DNA from: an uncultured Acidobacteriota bacterium
Lineage (GTDB): Bacteria > Acidobacteriota > Thermoanaerobaculia > Multivoradales > UBA5704
Reading direction: 5' to 3'
Length of the DNA stretch: 64,000 nucleotides
NCBI GenBank assembly: GCA_963700145.1
Contig: OY969474.1
Location: 5,056,001-5,120,000 of the forward strand
Shown: positions 55,850 to 64,000 of the stretch, in pieces
How the letters are laid out: each line of letters starts with the position of its first letter
How positions within the stretch are numbered: position 1 is the stretch's first letter
Notes under the pieces: generated by a model
Seen by the model: the letters and a program-made list of their open reading frames with translations, nothing else
What the model was told of the DNA's origin: nothing
Database searches by the model: none
Position numbers and translations under genes: made by a program

Positions 55850-58408
55850 CTAGCCGTCGTCGTCGTCGTCGTCGCCGTTGTCGCCGCCGCCGCCGGCGGG
55901 CGGCGACGGCTCGTCGCCGACCGCGTCGTGCCAGGCGGCGTGGTCCCCGGCCGACCCGGCGCCGGCGCCCACGACGATCACCTTGGCGATGTCCGGGTCG
56001 TAGGCGGCGGGCTCGTCGAGGAGGGCCTGACGCCGCTCGTTCTTGGCCTCCGCCGTCCTGAGGTCCGCCCAGGCCTTGAGCACGTCGATGTAGCGGTGGG
56101 CCCGCTTGAAGGGCTCCAGCGCGGCCCCCTCGCCGGCGTCGATCCGCAGGTAGAGGTTGTTGGAGTCCACCAGGAACCGCCGCGTGCCGTTGCGGCGGTA
56201 GAGGTAGAGGGCGTACTCCTCGACGCTCAGCGCGCCGCGGGCCAGCCGGTCGGGAGCGTAGGCGACGAGGCCGTCCGGCCGCGCCAACGGCTTGCCCAGC
56301 GCCGGGAGATAGGAGAGCACGTCGATCACCAGGTCCTGCGGCGGCGCCGCCAGCAGCGCCGGATTCTGCGCCGCGACCTCCTGCGCCTCGTGCCGGAAGG
56401 CGTCGAGCGCCGGATCGCGCAGCCGCCGGTCCGGCCCGACGTAGGGACCGCGCAGGATGGCGAAGACGTGCTCCAGGCGCAGCGGTGGGAACGGGAAAGG
56501 ATCGACGTGCCCGCCCGGCACCTCCACTTCGAACGCCGGCTCGCGGCGCGGCCCTTCGGGCAGCGCGTGCACGGCGAAGACGGCGTAGTTGCCGACGAAG
56601 CCGAGCGGCCCGGTGGGATCGATCAGCTCCCAGAGCGGAGCGTCGCCGCCGGCCGGTGCCCAGCCCCCCTGGAAGTCGGGCAGCCAGGCCAGCGGCACGC
56701 GCCGGTTCTCCTTCTTGTAGCGCAGCATGCGCTGGTCGGCGTCCTCGTGCGCCCAGATCGCCCGGCAGTAATGGAGGACGTGGTCGCGCAGGTGCCGGCG
56801 CAGCCGCCCCCGCCGGATGCCGCGCAGGCGGTTGGCGCGGTCGCGGGCGGTGGAGTCCTGGAGGTGCTGACGGAAGGCGCGGAGGGGCTCGGCGTAGATG
56901 TCGGGGAGGGTCAGCGCCTGGTTGGCGGCGGCCGCCTCGTTGAACTGGGCGAACTTGCCGGTGGCCGTCTGGAGCATGCCGCGGAACGGGTTGTCGGCGG
57001 CGCCCGGGGCGACCCCGAGCGCGTCGTCCTCCTCGACGTCCTGGATCAGCTCGTTGAGCACCGCCCGCAGCGACTCGTCCAGCAGCGCCTTGGCGAGGAT
57101 CCAATCGTGGCGCCGGATCCAGGCGTCGTCGATCTCGCCGGGCGTGGGGACGTGCTCGGCGACGAAGAGGACCGACTGTACCTCGCCGAGGTAGGTCCAG
57201 ACCTCGTACTGGTGCTGCATGCGGTGGTACTCGTAGGTGATCGCGATCTCGTTGTTGGGGTTGACGATCTCCGAGGAACTCTCGTGCTCGACGGTCTCCT
57301 CGGCCTCGGTCGAGACCACGACCTTCGTCTCCCGCCGCATCTTGCTCGCGGTCTTCTGCATCGACTCGCTGAGGTGCGAGCTGGTGCGGCGGCTCTTCTC
57401 CTCTTGGTTGCCGCCGAGCGTGGTCTGCGACCGGGCGCCGATGCCGAAGAACTTGCCTTCGACGGTGAGGTCCTGGTTCCAGCGGAAGGTGTCGCTCGCC
57501 TCGCGCACGACCTCCGAGGAGTCCTTGGTCGAGTCGGTGGTCTCGGTCGTGGTCTCGGCGGCGGTGACGGTCTCGAGCGTGCTGACCTGCTTGCGGCGGC
57601 GCACGATCTTGGTCACCACCCGCTCCCGCTGGCCGGGGCCGAGCGGGACGGTGCGGACCACCTCCCCCTTCTGCCGACCCAGCGGCCGCCAGTGCTGGCG
57701 GTAGACGATGCGCAGCCCGAGGTTGATCGAGCGCGGCGGGAAGATTTCGAAGGGGTGGTCGGAGGCGACCGGGTCGGGCTCGAGGGAGGCCAGCGCCGCC
57801 TTGGCCAGGTGGTCGAACTCGACGAGGAAGTTGAGCAGCGGAAAGGGCTCGTTGTAGGGGAAGAACGGGCGCCAGTCCTCGATCTTCCGCAGCAGCGCGC
57901 GGTAGAGGAGGTCCTCGAGCGTGGCGGCGTTGCCGCCGCGGCTGGTGAGCTCCGCATACGCGCTCAGCAACTGCGGCAGCGCGGCGTCGCGCAGCCCATG
58001 GTCCCGGTGGCGGAAGTAGATCGTGTCGAGCAACGTGTGCAGGACGGCACGGCGGCGGTCCCAGTAGACGAGGTCGCGGATCGCTCGCCAGGCCGCCCGC
58101 TCGATGATCAGCAGGAGCCCGGTGACCTGGGCGAGCTGCGCCTCGGAGGCGCCGTTCTCTTCGAGCGGGCGGAGGTAGAGCAGCGACTCGTCGGTCAGCC
58201 CCGCGGCGGCGTCGCCGGCCGCCTCTGCCGGCGTCTCGTAGCCTTGCCCGACCGGCAGCAGGAAGTCGTAGAAGGCGAAGTCGTGGACGGCGACGTCGTC
58301 GAGCGTGTGGTGCGAGAGATCCGGCGGGTCGAGCGTTGGCCGCAGGCGCCCCAGCTCCTCCGCGAAGTGGCCGAGGTCGGTGCCGGGTCCTGCGTTCTCG
58401 GCGGGCAT
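55850..58408 (-). CDS. Large hypothetical protein with a central Ser/Thr/Glu-rich putative pore-forming region
   Basis: GGAGGAG RBS; TGATG overlap; core YRQHWRPLG...GEVVRTVPLGPG...TETTTETTDST...NPNNEIAITYEY. Confidence 0.75.
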   Translation of the reverse strand: MPAENAGPGTDLGHFAEELGRLRPTLDPPDLSHHTLDDVAVHDFAFYDFLLPVGQGYETPAEAAGDAAAGLTDESLLYLRPLEENGASEAQLAQVTGLLLIIERAAWRAIRDLVYWDRRRAVLHTLLDTIYFRHRDHGLRDAALPQLLSAYAELTSRGGNAATLEDLLYRALLRKIEDWRPFFPYNEPFPLLNFLVEFDHLAKAALASLEPDPVASDHPFEIFPPRSINLGLRIVYRQHWRPLGRQKGEVVRTVPLGPGQRERVVTKIVRRRKQVSTLETVTAAETTTETTDSTKDSSEVVREASDTFRWNQDLTVEGKFFGIGARSQTTLGGNQEEKSRRTSSHLSESMQKTASKMRRETKVVVSTEAEETVEHESSSEIVNPNNEIAITYEYHRMQHQYEVWTYLGEVQSVLFVAEHVPTPGEIDDAWIRRHDWILAKALLDESLRAVLNELIQDVEEDDALGVAPGAADNPFRGMLQTATGKFAQFNEAAAANQALTLPDIYAEPLRAFRQHLQDSTARDRANRLRGIRRGRLRRHLRDHVLHYCRAIWAHEDADQRMLRYKKENRRVPLAWLPDFQGGWAPAGGDAPLWELIDPTGPLGFVGNYAVFAVHALPEGPRREPAFEVEVPGGHVDPFPFPPLRLEHVFAILRGPYVGPDRRLRDPALDAFRHEAQEVAAQNPALLAAPPQDLVIDVLSYLPALGKPLARPDGLVAYAPDRLARGALSVEEYALYLYRRNGTRRFLVDSNNLYLRIDAGEGAALEPFKRAHRYIDVLKAWADLRTAEAKNERRQALLDEPAAYDPDIAKVIVVGAGAGSAGDHAAWHDAVGDEPSPPAGGGGDNGDDDDDDG

Positions 58409-59364
58409 CAGTCGTCTCCTCCCTCGCCTTCCGGGGCCGGCGGGGCGACCACCGGCCGGCGCGTGCGGTACCAGGTGTAGAGCGGGCCGGGACCGGCTCC
58501 GCCGCCCGCGGCGGCCGCCGCCTCGGGACCGGTCTCGGGCGCGGCGAGCGCCGCCGACGAGCGCGGCACCAGCAGGTGCACGACCCGGCGCTCGGGATCG
58601 AGCTGGAACGCGGCCCCGCCGGCGGCGGCCAGGGCGGCGTCCGGCTCGGCCCAGCGGACGCCGCCGAAGGCCACCGGTTGGGGTGCTGCTCCGGCGCCCT
58701 CGCGGAAGCGGAAGCCGCGCGTCTCGGGGTCGTAGGCCAGAGCGGCTCCGGGTGCGACGTCGCGGCCGTGGACATGAACCGGAGCGCGGAGGTCGAACCC
58801 GAGGGGTGGGCGGGGGCGCTGGGCGGGCTCGCCCCGCGGGCGATCGGGCACAGGGGCCGGTCGAGCAGGCCGGTCGTCCGGCTCGCCTGCCGCGCCGCGT
58901 GCCGGTGCCCGCAGGGCGCGCATCCGCGCCAGGAGATCCGCGCTCGCGGCCGCCGCGGCCTCCTGCGCGCCGCCCGGCGGCACGGCGCCGGCGGCGAGGA
59001 GGCGCGCCGAGCGGACGCGGAGGAGGAGCTCCTCCTCGGCGCCGGCCGCGGGCCGCAGAGGGTGGGAGCGGTGGAGGGGGTGCGACGTGACGAACGGCTC
59101 GTCCTCGGGCGCCTGCACCTCGAGAGCGACGGCCGGAGACGCGCCGAAGAGCCTGCGTCGCGGCGCGTAGCGCAGCTCGAAGCGGCCGTCGGCCCCGGTG
59201 AGCGCCGAGCCGAGACGCCGGCCGCGCTGGACCGGCGCCTCGTCCTCCGGGCCCTCCTTGGCGTTCCGCGCCGCCCCGGCCTCGATCTCGTAGGCGACGA
59301 CGAGAAGATCGGGCAGCGGCGCTCCGCTCTCCCGCACCACGACTCTGCCCCGCAAGGTCTGCAT
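58408..59364 (-). CDS. Protein with an N-terminal prealbumin / carboxypeptidase-regulatory-like domain
   Basis: LRGRVVVRESGAPLPDLLVVAYE...LGSALTGADGRFELRY; GGGAGG RBS; no signal peptide. Confidence 0.7.
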   Translation of the reverse strand: MQTLRGRVVVRESGAPLPDLLVVAYEIEAGAARNAKEGPEDEAPVQRGRRLGSALTGADGRFELRYAPRRRLFGASPAVALEVQAPEDEPFVTSHPLHRSHPLRPAAGAEEELLLRVRSARLLAAGAVPPGGAQEAAAAASADLLARMRALRAPARGAAGEPDDRPARPAPVPDRPRGEPAQRPRPPLGFDLRAPVHVHGRDVAPGAALAYDPETRGFRFREGAGAAPQPVAFGGVRWAEPDAALAAAGGAAFQLDPERRVVHLLVPRSSAALAAPETGPEAAAAAGGGAGPGPLYTWYRTRRPVVAPPAPEGEGGDD

Positions 59365-59471
59365 CCGCGGCCCCTCCCGCACCCGCGGCGCTCCGCGCCG
59401 CGGCTCCGTGCGCAGTCCTGTCCACGTCGCCGCTACAGGCGACGCGGCGGGCCGATCGTTACGAGGGGGGC

Positions 59472-60548
59472 TTAGCCCCCGATTTCCATGAAGCTGACGA
59501 GGTTGCCGTAGTTGCCCTGGGTGAGCATGTGCTCGGCGGGCTTCTCTTCCAGCAGGCGGAGGATCTCGGCCTCCAGGGCGGCGCCGGGGTCGGCGGCGGC
59601 GAGGAGCGGGCGGAGGGGGTCGACGCGGTCGGCGAAGAGGCAGAGGCGGAGCTCGCCGCGCGAGGTCAGGCGCAGGCGGTTGCAGTCGGCGCAGAAAGTG
59701 TGGGAGAGCGGGGTGATGAACCCCACCGCGCCGGCCGCCCCCGGGATGCGGTAGGCCTTCGCCGGCCCGGTCCGGTGGTGCGGGGTGGCGAAGGGCACGA
59801 GGGCGCCGTGGCGGGCCTCCACCCGCGCCTTGACCGCGTCGGCCGAGAGGAACCGCCCCGGCTGCAGGTGCCGATTGCTCGCCGTCGGCATCATCTCGAT
59901 GAAGCGGACGGTGAGCGGGCGGGTGAGCGTCAGGTCCACCAGGGCGTCGAGGTCCGCCGGGTCGCCGTCGGCCAGGAGCACCGCGTTGAGCTTGACCGGG
60001 TCGAGCCCGGCCGCCAGCGCCGCCTCGATCCCCGCCCAGACCTCCGACAGGTCGCCGCGCCGGGTCACCTCCCGGAAGCGCTCCGGGTCGAGGCTGTCGA
60101 GGCTGACGTTGACCCGGTCCACCCCGGCCGCCTTGAGCGGCGCGGCCAGCCGCGCCAGCTCGGTGCCGTTGGTCGAGAGCGAGAGGTCGTCGAGGCCGGG
60201 CAGGGCCTTCAGGCGGCGCGCGATCTCCAGGATGTCCTTCCGCACCAGCGGCTCGCCGCCGGTCAGCCGCACCCGCCGGATCCCCAGCCGCACCAGCGCG
60301 CCGACCATCGTCTCGATCTCCTCGGGCGCCAGGAAGTCGCGGTCGCCGAAGGGGAACTCGGCGTCCTCGGGCAGGCAGTAGGTGCAGCGCAGGTTGCAGC
60401 GGTCGGTGACCGAGACCCGCAGGTAGGTGAGCCGGCGCCCGAAGGCGTCGACGAGCCGCGTCGGGTCGGCCTCCGCCGCGGGCGGGGCGACGCGCGGCGG
60501 CGCCCCCGGCAGGGGGGGCGTGGCGCGGAGGACGGGGAGGCGGCTCAT
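59472..60548 (-). CDS. moaA: GTP 3',8-cyclase
   Basis: YLRVSVTDRCNLRCTYC, LTGGEP, FCADCNRLRL...LCL, C-terminal IGG. Confidence 0.97.
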   Translation of the reverse strand: MSRLPVLRATPPLPGAPPRVAPPAAEADPTRLVDAFGRRLTYLRVSVTDRCNLRCTYCLPEDAEFPFGDRDFLAPEEIETMVGALVRLGIRRVRLTGGEPLVRKDILEIARRLKALPGLDDLSLSTNGTELARLAAPLKAAGVDRVNVSLDSLDPERFREVTRRGDLSEVWAGIEAALAAGLDPVKLNAVLLADGDPADLDALVDLTLTRPLTVRFIEMMPTASNRHLQPGRFLSADAVKARVEARHGALVPFATPHHRTGPAKAYRIPGAAGAVGFITPLSHTFCADCNRLRLTSRGELRLCLFADRVDPLRPLLAAADPGAALEAEILRLLEEKPAEHMLTQGNYGNLVSFMEIGG

Positions 60549-60681
60549 GCTCGGGTTCCTGTGCCGCGATTCTACTCGCCGCAGGCTATTTGTCGCGTAA
60601 AGCGGCGCGAGCGGCACCTCAGTGTAGAATCCCCCGAGCGCAGTGTCCCCGCACGACGCACCCCCCGCCAGACCAGCCCGC

Positions 60682-61470
60682 ATGATCACCGGGTACAACA
60701 CCGACGTCCGTCACAACGACGTCCTCTTCCACGTCCAGACCGAGGACAAGGGGGTCGGCAACCCGCTCATCGAGAGCCTGGTCTACGTCGGCGGTCAGGT
60801 GCTGGCGAGCAAGCGGACGAGCTACGCCGACCTGCTGGCGGAGGGGAAGGACGAGAAGTCGGTCATGGCGATGATGGACCACCAGCACCGCACCATGATC
60901 GCGGCCATCCGCCACGGCAAGTTCGCCGACAAGGTGGGCGAGGGGCACCTCGACCGCTCGCCGGCGCCGGTGCCGCTCGACGCCGCCCCGGCGCCGCCGC
61001 CGCTGCGCTCGGCGGGCACCGGCCCGCTGGTCCGTCCCGCCGGGCTGGGCACCGGCCCCCTTGTGGCGCCGCCGCCCCTCGCCCCTGCCGTCCCACGCCC
61101 CCCGGCCGCCGAGCGCGCCGCGGAGCGCTCGCTCGACCAGGTGATCCTGGAGTACCTGACCAACGAGGCGGACCAGGAGCAGCTCTTCCTCTCGGTCGAG
61201 GGGGACTCCGACCTCGCCGCCGGGCGGCGGGTGGAGCTGGCGCTGCGCGCCCAATCGAGCAAGAGCGGCCAGCCGGTGCCCGGGACGCAGGTCTCGGTGC
61301 GGATGATCTCGACCGTCGCCGAGCCGCGCGCCCTGGCCGCCGGCCGCACCGACGAGCGCGGGGCGGTGGCCCTCGCCTTCGAGATCCCGGCGCTCGGCCG
61401 CGGCACGGCGGCGCTCATCATCACCGCCGTCTCGCCGATCGGGCGCGCCGAGCTCAAGCACCTGCTTTGA
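60682..61470 (+). CDS. Conserved hypothetical protein (MITGYNTDV..FHVQTED domain, Pro-rich linker, Ig-like tail)
   Basis: GC3-rich frame; TAGAAT -10-like element upstream; TTGA overlap with thiS. Confidence 0.75.
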   Translation: MITGYNTDVRHNDVLFHVQTEDKGVGNPLIESLVYVGGQVLASKRTSYADLLAEGKDEKSVMAMMDHQHRTMIAAIRHGKFADKVGEGHLDRSPAPVPLDAAPAPPPLRSAGTGPLVRPAGLGTGPLVAPPPLAPAVPRPPAAERAAERSLDQVILEYLTNEADQEQLFLSVEGDSDLAAGRRVELALRAQSSKSGQPVPGTQVSVRMISTVAEPRALAAGRTDERGAVALAFEIPALGRGTAALIITAVSPIGRAELKHLL

Positions 61471-61679
61471 GCACCATCCTGCTCAACGGCGAAGCCCGCC
61501 CGTTGACTCCCGGCGCCAGCGTCCTCGACCTCGTCACCGAGCTGGGCCGCCATCCGCGCGCCGTGGCGGTCGAGCTCAACGGCGCGATCCTGCCGCGCGA
61601 GACCTGGGCCGACCGGCGCCTCGAGCCCGGCGACCGCGTCGAGATGGTGCACTTCGTCCAGGGCGGCGGCAAGGAATAG
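61467..61679 (+). CDS. thiS: Sulfur carrier protein, ThiS-like
   Basis: ILLNGE, VAVELNG.I, GDRVEMVHFVQGG followed by GKE. Confidence 0.88.
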   Translation: MSTILLNGEARPLTPGASVLDLVTELGRHPRAVAVELNGAILPRETWADRRLEPGDRVEMVHFVQGGGKE

Positions 61680-61696
61680 CGCGGTGCCGGCCGGCG

Positions 61697-61726
61697 TTGA
61701 GCGGGCGGAGGGAGTGCGTGTACACT
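61697..61726 (+). promoter_or_regulatory. Putative tRNA operon promoter
   Basis: TTGAGC-18 nt-TACACT followed by a GC-rich discriminator, 11 bp before the tRNA. Confidence 0.45.
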
Positions 61727-61737
61727 CCGCCGTCGCT

Positions 61738-61813
61738 GGGCCGCTAGCTCAATTGGTAGAGCAGCAGACTCTTAATCTGCGGGTTCGGGGTTCGATTCCC
61801 TGGCGGCTCACCA
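61738..61813 (+). tRNA. tRNA-Lys (CTT)
   Basis: GGGCCGC acceptor; GCAGA-CTCTTAA-TCTGC anticodon arm; GTTCGAT T loop; encoded CCA. Confidence 0.97.
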
Positions 61814-61843
61814 TCCCCATCCCGACCCGTCCCGGTCCAACCT

Positions 61844-61932
61844 GCGAAAGTGGCGGAACTGGCATACGCGCTAGACTTAGGATCTAGTCCCGAGCGATCG
61901 GGTTGGGGGTTCGAGTCCCCCCTTTCGCACCA
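61844..61932 (+). tRNA. tRNA-Leu (TAG)
   Basis: GCGAAAG/CTTTCGC acceptor; CTAGA-CTTAGGA-TCTAG; long variable arm; encoded CCA. Confidence 0.97.
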
Positions 61933-61982
61933 ACCTTCCGTTCACCCGTTCAGCGAGCCCGGCATCGCATAGGATCGTTTCG

Positions 61983-63272
61983 ATGAGCGTCGTGGTGTCC
62001 GTCGAGGACGTTGGCCCCTGCCGCAAGCAGCTCAAGATCGCCGTGCCGGCGCCGGCCGTCGAGGCCGAGACCGAGCGGGTGATCCAGGACATGGGCAAGC
62101 GGGTCAAGATCCCCGGCTTCCGCAAGGGGAAGGTGCCGGCGGAGCTGGTGCGCCGGCGCTATCAGAAGGACATCGAGCACGAGGTCGTCGAGCGGCTGCT
62201 GCCGCGCTACTGGCGGCAGGCGCAGGCGGAGAGCGACATCGACCCGCTGCTGCCCCCCGAGGTGGACGAGGTCGAGGAGCTGCAGCCCGGCCGCGACCTC
62301 ACCTTCACCGCCACCGTCGAGACCCGGCCGCGCATCGAGCTGCACGGCCTGAGCGACTTCGACCTGCCGTCGCCCGAGGTCGAGCCCGGGACGGTGGAGA
62401 TCGAGGAGGCGCTCGAGGACGTCCGCAAGCAGGTCGGCACCTGGGTGCCGGTCGAGCGGACGGCGGCGCGCGGCGACCTGGTGAGCCTGGAGGTGCGCGA
62501 GGCGCGCCCCGAGGGCGAGTGGTCCGAGCCGCAGGCGACCGAGGTGGAGCTGGGCGACCCGCGGATCTGGGAGGAGCTGGCCCTGGCCGTCACCGGCCTC
62601 GGCGCCGGCCAGGAGACGACCTTCACCCGCCGCGAGCAGCACGGCGACCACGAGCACGAGAAGAGCTACCGGGCCGCCGTCGTGGCGGTCAAGGAGCGCG
62701 ATCTGCCGCCCCTCGACGACGAGCTGGCGACCCGCGTCAGCCCGGAGCTGCAGAGCCTCGAGGAGCTGCGCTCGGCGCTGGTCGCGCGCCTGCGGGCGCA
62801 GAAGACCGAGCAGCGACGCGAGGAGCGGCAGAAGGCGCTCCTCGACCAGCTCCGCGAGCGGCACCCGCTGGAGCTGCCGCAGCGGGTCGTGGACCGGGAG
62901 GTCGAAGGGCTGGCGCGCGACTACGCCGAGGGGCTGGTGCGGCAGGGCGTCGACCTGGAGCGCTCGCGGATCGACTGGCAGGAGGTCACGGCCGGCCTGC
63001 GGCCGCTCGCCGAGCGCCGGGTCCACGCCCGGCTCCTCCTCGACGCCGCCGCCGAGTCCGAAGGCGTGGCGGTCGAGGAGACCGAGTTCGAAGGCTTCCT
63101 CGCCGCCCTCGCCCGGGCCCAGGGAACTTCGACCCCGTCGTTGCGCAAGGCCCTCGACGAGCAGGGCCGCCTGGAGACCCTGCGCGGCCAGCTCCGCCGC
63201 GACAAGACGATGCGCCACCTGCTCGGCGAATTGCCGGCGCCGGCCGAGGCGGTCGCGGCCGAACCGACGTAA
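61983..63272 (+). CDS. tig: Trigger factor
   Basis: [10 protein letters not shown] motif; classic tRNA-Leu-tig-clpP order. Confidence 0.95.
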   Translation: MSVVVSVEDVGPCRKQLKIAVPAPAVEAETERVIQDMGKRVKIPGFRKGKVPAELVRRRYQKDIEHEVVERLLPRYWRQAQAESDIDPLLPPEVDEVEELQPGRDLTFTATVETRPRIELHGLSDFDLPSPEVEPGTVEIEEALEDVRKQVGTWVPVERTAARGDLVSLEVREARPEGEWSEPQATEVELGDPRIWEELALAVTGLGAGQETTFTRREQHGDHEHEKSYRAAVVAVKERDLPPLDDELATRVSPELQSLEELRSALVARLRAQKTEQRREERQKALLDQLRERHPLELPQRVVDREVEGLARDYAEGLVRQGVDLERSRIDWQEVTAGLRPLAERRVHARLLLDAAAESEGVAVEETEFEGFLAALARAQGTSTPSLRKALDEQGRLETLRGQLRRDKTMRHLLGELPAPAEAVAAEPT

Positions 63273-63295
63273 GAGAGAGGAAGGACGCAGAAAAC

Positions 63296-63883
63296 ATGCT
63301 GATTCCGATGGTCGTCGAGCAGACCAACCGAGGCGAGCGGGCCTACGACATCTACTCGCGGCTGCTCAAGGACAACATCATCTTCCTCGGCCGCGGGGTG
63401 GACGACGACACCGCCAGCCTGATCATCGCCCAGATGCTCTTCCTCGAGGCCGAGAACCCGGAGAAGGACATCTCGCTCTACATCAACTCGCCGGGCGGCT
63501 CGATCAGCTCCGGCATGGCGATCTACGACACCATGCAGTACATCAAGCCGGACGTCGCCACCTACTGCGTCGGGCAGGCGGCCTCGATGGCCGCGGTGCT
63601 CCTCGCCGCCGGCGCCAAGGGGAAACGGACGCTCCTGCCCAACAGCCGGGTGCTGATCCACCAGCCCTGGCTCTCGGGCCTCCAGGGGCAGCAGTCCGAC
63701 ATCGAGATCCACGCCAAGGACATGTTCATCATGCGCGACCGCATGGACGAGATCCTGGCCTTCCACAGCGGCCGGACGAAGGAGGAGGTGCACCGCGACA
63801 CCGAGCGCGACCGCATCCTCTCGGCGACGGAGGCGGTGGAGTACGGGCTGGCAGACCGCATCATGGTCCGCAAGCGGGCCTGA
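63296..63883 (+). CDS. clpP: ATP-dependent Clp protease proteolytic subunit
   Basis: [35 protein letters not shown] motifs. Confidence 0.98.
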   Translation: MLIPMVVEQTNRGERAYDIYSRLLKDNIIFLGRGVDDDTASLIIAQMLFLEAENPEKDISLYINSPGGSISSGMAIYDTMQYIKPDVATYCVGQAASMAAVLLAAGAKGKRTLLPNSRVLIHQPWLSGLQGQQSDIEIHAKDMFIMRDRMDEILAFHSGRTKEEVHRDTERDRILSATEAVEYGLADRIMVRKRA

Positions 63884-64000
63884 GCAGCGCCCGCCAAGTC
63901 CGCGCAAACCCCGGCCGGGAATGGGCTTTCCGGCCGGCCGCGTTGTATGCAGGTAAGGTTGACAGAGCCTGGGATCACCCCTAGCATCGACTTGCCTGTC

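Noticed and set aside
61738-61932. tRNA genes as integration sites for the islands
   Set aside because: No duplicated tRNA 3' end or integrase was seen, and the flanks are housekeeping genes.

Overview
Very GC-rich bacterial chromosome segment. The gene content suggests Acidobacteriota (Thermoanaerobaculia-like), which is an inference. Housekeeping blocks: rplU-rpmA-obgE-nadD-rsfS; moaA; thiS-like; tRNA-Lys and tRNA-Leu; tig-clpP; nfo; an M3 peptidase; PAS kinases; and acyl-CoA catabolic genes. Several accessory regions interrupt these. (1) A lower-GC island (about 42.6-48.7 kb) holds a three-gene operon: a NACHT/FGE-sulfatase NLR-like receptor, an ATP-grasp-like ligase, and a small stand-alone helical protein. 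The small protein shares its helical domain and a 28-aa amyloid-like (BASS/RHIM-type) motif with the NLR N-terminus. The island is flanked by scrambled, diverged fragments of three genes found about 10 kb upstream and by an array of 21-bp palindromic repeats. (2) A three-gene operon (53.8-59.4 kb) encodes a prealbumin-like protein, a Ser/Thr-rich putative pore-former, and a TM-helix plus HNH-nuclease protein with no adjacent immunity gene. (3) Smaller oddities include a rod-shaped RNA candidate, REP-like palindromes, a degenerate sigma54 activator in a ribosomal operon, tandem hydrolase paralogs, a vicinal-Cys repeat propeller and a ThiS with a C-terminal extension. No database searches were run. 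Family calls come from motifs read by eye, and many starts were re-chosen from the ORF track using RBS or overlap evidence.
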